Positions 19,658 through 27,209 of a stretch of 64,000 nt of DNA are shown piece after piece (position 1 is the first letter of the stretch; each line of letters starts with the position of its first letter). The notes beneath the pieces are model-generated. The model was given only the letters and a program-made list of their open reading frames with translations. It had not been told where the DNA came from and searched no databases. Source of the stretch: Cenarchaeum sp. (lineage in GTDB: Archaea; Thermoproteota; Nitrososphaeria; Nitrososphaerales; Nitrosopumilaceae); NCBI GenBank assembly GCA_965206845.1, contig OZ242221.1, positions 352,001 to 416,000 on the forward strand. Reading direction: 5' to 3'. The translations under genes and the position numbers were made by a program.

Positions 19658-19960
19658 CACTGCCAGAACCGGCATGTCTCTATTTAATCCTAGGGTGGTC
19701 TTTTCTGCAGGTGGTGCCCAAATGGCCTCCACTGGGATCACACATCCCTGGCCGGTGCGCGGCAGCGATGCTGCCCCGCAGAACCGCCCACGGTACGACG
19801 TCCTGGCCGGGCCGCCTTGAAGGCCGAGGGGCATCCCGGGCCGGTACGGGCAGGCATAGCGCGGACTCGCAGCTCGTTCGGGGCGGGAACCGCCGCCTAG
19901 ACGGGAATAGCACCTCAAATGGTCAGCGCAGATGTCCGTATGGCGCCGTCTACCACGGCG

Positions 19961-20593
19961 CTACGCCGGAGGATCCTCGATGATCGTCCGTCTCCCCTCA
20001 ATTTTGATCCTTCCGGTGGCAAAGAGGTTTACGGCCCGCGGGTATAGGATGTGCTCCCTTCTTAGAATCCTTTCTGACAGCGACTCGGCGGTATCGTCAT
20101 CACGCACCAGAACTACATCCTGCAAGATGACAGGGCCCGTATCCACTCCCTCGTCGACAAGGTGCACCGTGCATCCGGAGCACTTTGCTCCGTATTTTAC
20201 CGCCTGCCCTTGCGCGTCGAGTCCAGGAAATGCCGGCAGCAGGGCTGGATGTATGTTCAGAATTCTGTTTCTGTACATCCTTACAAACTGCGGGCTGATG
20301 ATCCGCATAAAGCCGGCAAGGCAGACCAGGCCGTTCTCTGGAGTCACGCCGCAGTCTTTGAGTGCAGAGACGATCCTCTGGTCGTACCCCCATCGGTCGC
20401 CTGCAAAACCCCTGCTCTCTATGACGCGGGTCTCCACCCCCAGCCTTTTGGCAGACGCAAGCCCTAAGGCGTCTGGCCTGTTTGATATGACAACGGCAGG
20501 GTTGATCGGAATCCTGCCGCCCCTTGCGGCCTTTAGAATTGCGCTCATATTGCTACCACGGCCGGAGATCAGTATTCCAAGATTCAGCAACAT
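19961..20593 (-). CDS. purN: Phosphoribosylglycinamide formyltransferase
   Basis: ILISGRGSNM, LAGFMRI, ILNIHPALLP, GCTVHLVDEGVDTGP; start at MLLNLG. Confidence 0.95.
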   Translation of the reverse strand: MLLNLGILISGRGSNMSAILKAARGGRIPINPAVVISNRPDALGLASAKRLGVETRVIESRGFAGDRWGYDQRIVSALKDCGVTPENGLVCLAGFMRIISPQFVRMYRNRILNIHPALLPAFPGLDAQGQAVKYGAKCSGCTVHLVDEGVDTGPVILQDVVLVRDDDTAESLSERILRREHILYPRAVNLFATGRIKIEGRRTIIEDPPA

Positions 20594-20766
20594 GTGGTGG
20601 CGCATAAAATCTACATTTAATCTGTATGACTGCGGGATCAGACCTCGCATACTGCTCAGGCGGCGGCTCCCGGACAGGCATCCCTTGGGGGCAGCCCACG
20701 AGGCATGATCCGGGCCGCCCCTGTAGAACACCGTGATTTATATGAAAACCAGACTTCGCTTGACAG

Positions 20767-21747
20767 ATGGTTGGCAGGGTGAGAGTGGCAGAGGGCGGCG
20801 GAATCTGCCAGACCGAGACCGCAACCATATACCTGGATCCTAAACGGTCAAGTCCGGACGGAGTCAATTTTGTCTCCCACGCCCACATGGATCACCTGCC
20901 GTCGGGGAACGGCGGCACCGTGCTGGCCTCGTCTGAGACGCGCAGGATTGCCGAGCTGCGCGGCTTTAGGATGGAGAACCATACAGAGCACACGGAGGGC
21001 GCCACGCTCATAGACTCCGGCCACATACTTGGCTCCAAGGGGCTCCTGGCCGATGGCGTCTTTTACACAGGGGACATATGCGCCAGGGACAGGGGATTTC
21101 TCAAGGGCGCAAGGGTTCCAAAGTGCGACATCCTGATTACCGAGTGCACCTTTGGCCTGCCGGAGTTTGTCTTTCCGCCCATACGGGAGACCGAGTCTGC
21201 AGTGAACCGGTTCATATCCGAGATGTACTCCAAGGGAAGGCCCGTCATACTCATGGGGTACCAGCTGGGCAAGGCCCAGACGATTGCGCACATGTTTGGC
21301 CACTGGGATCCACTATACTACAGCGACGAGATCGTAAAAATGAACGACCTGCACCGGAGTCTGGGAGTCCCGCTCAAGGATGCGATGGGGCACACCGAGG
21401 CAGAGCGGAAGGGACTCCTAGACAAAAAACCATGGGTAATGATAGCGCCAATGATGTCAGGCAGGAACCCGTTCATACAGGGCATGAAGGCCAGATACGG
21501 CGCGGTGACAGTCGGATTCAGCGGATGGGCAAAGTCAGCCAGGTTTGCGTTTGGCCGCAGGTGTGACGTGTCGATGGCAATGAGCGACCACTGCGACTTC
21601 AACGAGCTGGTCCAGATGGTGGCAGACTCGCAGGCAGGGAAGATTTACACCGTACACGGATTTGTCGCAGAGTTTGCGTCACACCTCAGAAAGATGGGAT
21701 TTGACGCGCAGCCGTTAAAAGCAGGCAGCCTGGACAGATACACCTAG
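20767..21747 (+). CDS. MBL-fold (beta-CASP-like) exonuclease
   Basis: SHAHMDH, SGHILGS, YTGD, ITECTFGLPEF, SDHCDF. Confidence 0.85.
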   Translation: MVGRVRVAEGGGICQTETATIYLDPKRSSPDGVNFVSHAHMDHLPSGNGGTVLASSETRRIAELRGFRMENHTEHTEGATLIDSGHILGSKGLLADGVFYTGDICARDRGFLKGARVPKCDILITECTFGLPEFVFPPIRETESAVNRFISEMYSKGRPVILMGYQLGKAQTIAHMFGHWDPLYYSDEIVKMNDLHRSLGVPLKDAMGHTEAERKGLLDKKPWVMIAPMMSGRNPFIQGMKARYGAVTVGFSGWAKSARFAFGRRCDVSMAMSDHCDFNELVQMVADSQAGKIYTVHGFVAEFASHLRKMGFDAQPLKAGSLDRYT

Positions 21748-21987
21748 GACTTTGGCGCCGCCGAGGCGCGGGGGCACGGCACGGTTCACGGATCCCAGAT
21801 ACGGGATCCGCCGGTTGCCCGTAAACCGCAGATCTCTTCTCAGATACCGGCATCTGCTGCGATCCTACCAGACACGACAGCCTAACGCGGGTTGTGGCGC
21901 AGGAAAGCGAGCATGCATGCCGTGACGGCAAGCGAGGCACCAGAGGCACCCGACAGGATGTCCAGGACATAACCCTGTACGGTGCGG

Positions 21988-22254
21988 CTACCGTGTCTGG
22001 GAGCCGCCTTTGCCGCTCTGTTTTTTGAACTCTGTGCAGTCGCAGGACTGGATCAGGCATGTCCCAGAGTTTCTTATGTGATCGTCTAGCATGTGGCGGC
22101 AGTTCTGGTTATGGCATATTCGGCGCTCCGTCTCCCTCATGACCACCCTCTGGGCTATGGAGTTTGCCTGCTCTTTGGGATACCCCTTCTTGTCTATGTA
22201 GTAGCGTATGATTCTGTTATAGAGTAAATCTGCATTAAACTCCGACTCGATCAA
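21988..22254 (-). CDS. Conserved hypothetical protein with Cys/His-rich C-terminus
   Basis: Translationally coupled to the Lrp gene; CHNQNCRH...CLIQSCDC. Confidence 0.7.
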   Translation of the reverse strand: MIESEFNADLLYNRIIRYYIDKKGYPKEQANSIAQRVVMRETERRICHNQNCRHMLDDHIRNSGTCLIQSCDCTEFKKQSGKGGSQTR

Positions 22255-22499
22255 CCCTTTCCACCTTGGGACGGAATCCAGCGCAGTGTGATTGTGGAGC
22301 GAATGCGCCTGATTCTGCGGATCTTCTTTGTGATGATCTCATCCATGGCATCCCTGTCATCGGACTGGATCTTGCAGAAGATGTCATGGACACCATACGT
22401 TCCCCTTACCTCTTTTATCTCTGGAAGCCTTGCCAGTTCTTCAATAATGTCTACCTCGGCACCCAGATCGCACTGAATCAGCACGTAGACGATCTCCAT
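22251..22499 (-). CDS. Lrp/AsnC ligand-binding domain protein
   Basis: YVLIQCDLG, EVRGTYGVHDIFCKI, IRSTITL (stand-alone RAM domain). Confidence 0.85.
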   Translation of the reverse strand: MEIVYVLIQCDLGAEVDIIEELARLPEIKEVRGTYGVHDIFCKIQSDDRDAMDEIITKKIRRIRRIRSTITLRWIPSQGGKG

Positions 22500-22779
22500 A
22501 CTTGCTCAATAACCATATGCCGCTTTCAGTATATATGCAGATGAGATTGCTCCTTTTTAGATTGGCAGGTTGGCACCTAATGCGGAATTTGTCGCCGTCT
22601 CATCCCGCAATGCTGGTACTGGCGCCGCATGTGGCATCTCGTTTACATACACCATTGGACCGTCAGACCTCAAATGATTCTCCACGGGTGTTACGTGGAT
22701 GAGAACATGAATGGTTACTAAACAGATACTCCAGGGGAGCATTGAACGTTAATATTTCGTTAATTCAGGAATACGACAA

Positions 22780-23358
22780 ATGATATCAATGGAAAAGGCG
22801 GCAGCCGGATGGTCTATAGCCATCGTAGCAATTTTTGTCGCACTTGCAGCAGCTGGTGACTCGGTTCAGAGCACAAGCGCGCCGATAGCAGTTCCCTCCG
22901 CCCCACCCGCAGTTGTTGAGCAACCAGTAGAGGCAGAGACGATGATAGAAGAAGGGCTCATGATAGAAGAAGCGATGGCCGAAGAGGAGGAGGAGGCCAT
23001 GGCAGAAGAGGAAGCGATGGCCGAAGAAGAGGAGGCAACAACAGAGCCCACAGAACCGCAGACCGTAACAGTCGAGATACCCATAGACACGGCACTCCCA
23101 GGATGTGAGATCACCGACGCATGCTACATACCCGGCTCCGTAACCATCAATGTTGGCGACACGGTGGCATGGGACAACGCAGACATCGCTGCACACACGG
23201 TAACAAGCGGCTCACCTCAAACCGGACCGAGCGGAGAATTCGACAGCAGCCTGATCATAGGCGGAGCGATATTTGAGGTGACCTTTGACGAGGCTGGAAG
23301 TTACGAGTACTTTTGCCTGGTCCATCCCTGGATGTTAGGCACTGTCGATGTAAGCTAA
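22780..23358 (+). CDS. Membrane-anchored plastocyanin/cupredoxin (blue copper) protein
   Basis: N-terminal TM helix, acidic linker, PGCEITDACYIP, AHTVTSG, type-1 Cu ligands YFCLVHPWM. Confidence 0.9.
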   Translation: MISMEKAAAGWSIAIVAIFVALAAAGDSVQSTSAPIAVPSAPPAVVEQPVEAETMIEEGLMIEEAMAEEEEEAMAEEEAMAEEEEATTEPTEPQTVTVEIPIDTALPGCEITDACYIPGSVTINVGDTVAWDNADIAAHTVTSGSPQTGPSGEFDSSLIIGGAIFEVTFDEAGSYEYFCLVHPWMLGTVDVS

Positions 23359-23540
23359 GGGAATTATATACATGAGTACACAGTACACTTGCCTTTTTCT
23401 GGCGCTCTTGCAACCCTCCCGGCGCTTGGCTCTCGCGCCCTGTCTGGGGAACGCGCGGGAGCAATCCCGCGCTGGTGTCTCGCGTCTTTGGACGACCATC
23501 CCGGCCGCCCTGCCGCCACGGCTTCCGCCCTGGAGGCAAT
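23359..23540 (-). ncRNA. Putative omegaRNA (reRNA) scaffold overlapping the tnpB 3' end
   Basis: Region after RuvC-III is conserved at DNA level with copy 2 and contains the invariant hairpin GCGCGGGA-TTGC-TCCCGCGC; position matches known TnpB omegaRNAs; boundaries inferred. Confidence 0.45.
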
Positions 23541-25067
23541 GTTATGCGCGGCATTGATGTCCGCGTTGACGTCATTGTCACATCTGTCATTGGTACAGCG
23601 GAACTCGCCCCGCGACACCCTGGATTCCTTGTCACTGTGGCCGCACCTGTGGCATGTTATGCTGGTGCCCTTGGGGTCCACCATAATTACAGTCACGCCC
23701 GCGTTCTCACAGGCGCCCCTGATCTGGCGCTGGAACGTCCCGGGCCTGGAGTAGGCCATCTCGCGGTTGAGCCCGGTCTTGGCCGTGCTTCCCTTTCCCT
23801 TGGCTCTTGCAGTCATGTTCACGAGGTTGAGGTCCTCCATGGCCACCGTTCCCGCGCCGTCCGCTATCCTCTTGGAGGCGTGGCGCTCCCAGTTGGTTTG
23901 CCTGTTGGCGAGCTTCTCGTGCTTCTTCCTGATCTTTCTCTGGAGCTCCTTGTAGCTTCTTGACTTGGGCTTCCTTGCCTCGTTCCTGTTGCGGCCGCTG
24001 GTGTTGTTGCTGCTGCCGCCGTTGGCGCCGTTCCCGCCGTCCGAGCCATCGCTCACGCCACTGGCGCCTTCCTTGGCATCCTGTTTGGTGCGCCTGTTGC
24101 CCCTCCCGCCGCGCTTCCTAGAGAGCTCCGAGTACATCTTCGATATGTCGTCGTTCTTCGCCCTCCTGCAGTCCTTTGGGAGGTCATAGAATGTGGGGTG
24201 GCCGGTGCCAAGGTCGACGGTGGCGGCGCCGTGGACTATGCCCATGTCGACGCCCCTGGTTACCGTGGACTCCGACGGCCCTGGGGCCTTGGTTTCAACC
24301 TGGATGTGGAGCCGGTACGTCCTGTTGTGGTCCTCGGTGCGTTTCGTGGTCCTCTTGGTCGTCTCGACGAGCTGGAAGGAGAGCATTTCGAGGCCATCCA
24401 CGTCGCCGTGCACCCTCACTATGCCGATACCGGGAAGATGCAGCATGCCGTTGCCCTTGTACACGGGATTCCTGAACACGGAGAGGGACCGCTGCTCCCC
24501 CTTCCTCTTAAACAGGGAATCCCTGTGGGTCCATTCGTTCCTCTTGTTGCTCCACTTGTTCGACGGCAGGTTGGGCGCGGTGCCGATGTCCGGTATCCCC
24601 TCCTTTTCCCGTTCCCGCCTGGCCAGGCGTTTCCACAGGGACTTGTTGGAGCGCTTTTTGCCGTTGGATGCCATGAATTTTTTTACGGCGTCAAGGCCCA
24701 GCAGGAGCCCCGCCCTCTGCACCCTGCTGTAGCAGGCCTCCTTGCGTCCAGCGGCCCGCGCTTTCTTGTCATGGACCAGCCACCCGTTTGCGTCCCTCCA
24801 TTTGGTGAGCATCTTGTTGAGGTCGAACTTGGTTGTCCTCGGGTCTTTCAGCTTTTCCCGCACCGCCATGTTGAACGCCCACCTCTGCTGGTCCATGTGG
24901 CGCGATATGAGATCCGACGTCTCGGCAGACTGGTCAAAGTCCATTTTTATGGTGCGTATCATGATGCCCTCCATTGGGCGCTTTGACCACTTTTTTGGCG
25001 CCGGCTCGGTTGCCGTTGCTGTTGCCGCTGCCGTTGGCGCAGTTGTGGTTGCCACGATGGGTTTCAT
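23364..25067 (-). CDS. tnpB: TnpB-like RNA-guided RuvC endonuclease (567 aa)
   Basis: RuvC-I RGVDMGI, RuvC-II VAMEDLN, TSITCHRC...FRCTNDRC zinc ribbon, RuvC-III NADINAAHNI; start at MKPIVA is supported by a TATA box about 25 nt upstream. Confidence 0.88.
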   Translation of the reverse strand: MKPIVATTTAPTAAATATATEPAPKKWSKRPMEGIMIRTIKMDFDQSAETSDLISRHMDQQRWAFNMAVREKLKDPRTTKFDLNKMLTKWRDANGWLVHDKKARAAGRKEACYSRVQRAGLLLGLDAVKKFMASNGKKRSNKSLWKRLARREREKEGIPDIGTAPNLPSNKWSNKRNEWTHRDSLFKRKGEQRSLSVFRNPVYKGNGMLHLPGIGIVRVHGDVDGLEMLSFQLVETTKRTTKRTEDHNRTYRLHIQVETKAPGPSESTVTRGVDMGIVHGAATVDLGTGHPTFYDLPKDCRRAKNDDISKMYSELSRKRGGRGNRRTKQDAKEGASGVSDGSDGGNGANGGSSNNTSGRNRNEARKPKSRSYKELQRKIRKKHEKLANRQTNWERHASKRIADGAGTVAMEDLNLVNMTARAKGKGSTAKTGLNREMAYSRPGTFQRQIRGACENAGVTVIMVDPKGTSITCHRCGHSDKESRVSRGEFRCTNDRCDNDVNADINAAHNIASRAEAVAAGRPGWSSKDARHQRGIAPARSPDRAREPSAGRVARAPEKGKCTVYSCI

Positions 25068-25090
25068 TACCGCATGCAAATGCCAGCCGA

Positions 25091-25100
25091 GTATAAAAGG
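25091..25100 (-). promoter_or_regulatory. TATA box of tnpB copy 1
   Basis: CCTTTTATAC about 25 nt upstream of the ATG; CCTTTTATGC occupies the same position in copy 2. Confidence 0.6.
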
Positions 25101-25628
25101 AGATATGGCGGTGCCGCGCCTGCCAGTGAGGTTCCGGCCGCCACGGTGTGGCGCCGGCACCGCGCGGGAACGGCGCCCCGGACGGAAGGCCCGAAGATGA
25201 CGGGTTTTGGCCGCTTTTGCATGCGGCTGCCGCCTTGCGCCAATGCCGGATCGGTTTGGGACGGCTCCCCATGCGGATCCGGCATTTGCCTGTATGAAAG
25301 GCGCAACCAAGCCGCCGCCTTCCGGGGCTCCTGCCTGCCTCGGGATGCCGGCCGGCATCGGAAAACCGGATGCAATTGCCGGCCCGTCATGAATCGGGAA
25401 GGCCGGTCTGTCGGACCGCATGATCGGCCGGGACGGGAAGCCCCGGCCATGCGGCAGCGCCGACAGTTTACTTAACTATGTAATTCCCTAAGTTAACCCA
25501 AAAACAAGGCCTTTTTGTCTCCCGATACCCGCACGAGTGTGGGATTACCCATAGCATCAAGATGAGGAACCTGCGCGGGAGCGGCCACACACGGGCAAGT
25601 TGCGCTTGCAGGAGGGCAGATACTGGCC

Positions 25629-27209
25629 TCACAGCTTGCGCAGCTTTCTGTTGTAGGCAACGCCAAACCGGTGTGCCTCATCCCTGGCATACTGCAGTAT
25701 CTTCAGTCCCGGGTTGTCCCGGGGCATCCGGATGGGCCCGCCCCTGCCGGGCATAAACACCTCCTCGTCCCTCTTTGCCAGGGACGCGCAGGGAACCTCT
25801 ACCCCAATGTCTTTCAGGGATTTTAGCGCGGCGCCGAGCTGTCCCGTGCCGCCATCCACCAGGACAAGATCCGGCATTGCAGACTCTTCCTTCAGCAGCC
25901 TCGCGTACCTCCGTGTGACTATCTCAGAGATCATCGCAAAGTCGTCCTGGCCGCGCACCGTGCCTATCTTGAACCTCCGGTACCCTGACCTGTCCGGGAC
26001 GCCGTCATCAAACCTCGACATCGCACCCACCGCATAGTCGGTGCCGTGGTTTGAGACATCAAAGCACTCGATTATCCTTGGGGGGTGCCCAAGGCGCAGC
26101 GCCTCCTCCAGCTCGGTCAGGCCCGGCTGCGCCCCCTGGTGCTGGATCAGCGCTATATTCTTCATGATCAGGGAGATCATCTGCCGCTTCTTTCCACCTT
26201 TGGGCATTATGATGCTGACATCAGAGCCGGCATTCCTTGAGAGCAGCCCCTCCAGGGTCTCCCGGTTCTCGGGCAGCTCGCTTACCAGGATGTTCCTGGG
26301 CGCCTTGTGGGTGGTGTAGTACTGGAACAGAAAGTTTCCAAACGTGTTGTCTGCCACCATGTCAAAGGAGAAGCGATCCGTGTCGCGAATCACGCCGTGC
26401 TTCTGCCTCAGCGTCATAATCAGCGCGGTGTGATCCTCGACCGTTATCCCGAAATAGTCCTCGTCCGGGGCCCCGGTAACGTACTCCATCTTCTGCTCCG
26501 TCTGGAGGCTGCCCAGCCTCTGCAGCGTGTCCCTGATCTCCATTGCCCGCTCATACTGCTGCGATGCGGCGGCCTCATCCATCTCCCGGCGCATCCGCTC
26601 AACAAAGTCCCGCATGCCCTGCTTTCCCTTCAGGACCGACTCGAGGTTCCGGACATGCTGTCCGTACCTCTCCTGGGCCTCGCCAAACTGGCACGGCGCC
26701 TCGCAGTTTCCCAGGTGGTACTCCAGGCAGGCCTTCTTGGGAAGCGTCTTGCAGATCCTGATCTTAAACGCCTTGCGCAGGGCGCCTATCGTCAGCAGCT
26801 TCGAGCTGCCCTGCGTGAACGGGCCGTACACCCTTCCCTCGCCAAGAAACTTTCCCGACCTGGTCCTTCGCGTGACCAAGAGCCGGGGATACTTCTCCCC
26901 TGTAACCCGCAAGTATGTGTAGCGCTGCTGATCCTTCAGCTCTATGTTGTACATCGGCCGGTACCGCTTTATCATATTGGATTCTAGCATGAACGCCTCG
27001 GCCTCGCTGTCTGTCAGGACAAACTCGATGTCGACAATCCTCTGGACGAGCTTTTGCATCTTGTAGTTCTGGTTCTTGGCAAAGTATGACCGGACCCTGT
27101 TCCTCAGGTTCTTTGCCTTGCCGATGTATATCGTGGCGCCCGCCGCATCCTTCATTATGTAGATGCCGGTGCGGGACGGAATGGAGAGGGTTGACGGATC
27201 CAGGGTCAT
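25629..27209 (-). CDS. uvrC: Excinuclease ABC subunit C
   Basis: GIY...YIGKAKNLRNRVRSYF (GIY-YIG), IECFDVSN, LVDGGTGQL, RDEAHRFG. Confidence 0.95.
   Translation of the reverse strand: MTLDPSTLSIPSRTGIYIMKDAAGATIYIGKAKNLRNRVRSYFAKNQNYKMQKLVQRIVDIEFVLTDSEAEAFMLESNMIKRYRPMYNIELKDQQRYTYLRVTGEKYPRLLVTRRTRSGKFLGEGRVYGPFTQGSSKLLTIGALRKAFKIRICKTLPKKACLEYHLGNCEAPCQFGEAQERYGQHVRNLESVLKGKQGMRDFVERMRREMDEAAASQQYERAMEIRDTLQRLGSLQTEQKMEYVTGAPDEDYFGITVEDHTALIMTLRQKHGVIRDTDRFSFDMVADNTFGNFLFQYYTTHKAPRNILVSELPENRETLEGLLSRNAGSDVSIIMPKGGKKRQMISLIMKNIALIQHQGAQPGLTELEEALRLGHPPRIIECFDVSNHGTDYAVGAMSRFDDGVPDRSGYRRFKIGTVRGQDDFAMISEIVTRRYARLLKEESAMPDLVLVDGGTGQLGAALKSLKDIGVEVPCASLAKRDEEVFMPGRGGPIRMPRDNPGLKILQYARDEAHRFGVAYNRKLRKL

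Larger units (their letters stand above)
23359..25488 (-). mobile_element. TIR-bounded non-autonomous element carrying tnpB, copy 1 (IS1595/ISNwi-like ends)
   Basis: Ends GGGAATTATATACATGAGTACACAG (23359) and inverted GGGAATTACATAGTTAAGTAAACTG (25488), 19/25 match; flanking 8-bp direct repeats TAAGCTAA (23351-23358) and TAAGTTAA (25489-25496). Confidence 0.8.

Noticed and set aside
23364-25421. 685-aa and 728-aa ORF-track versions of the TnpBs suggesting a fused N-terminal domain
   Set aside because: The upstream extensions are not homologous at protein level. The copy-2 extension crosses the TIR into the next gene. A conserved TATA box marks starts at 25067 and 60870.
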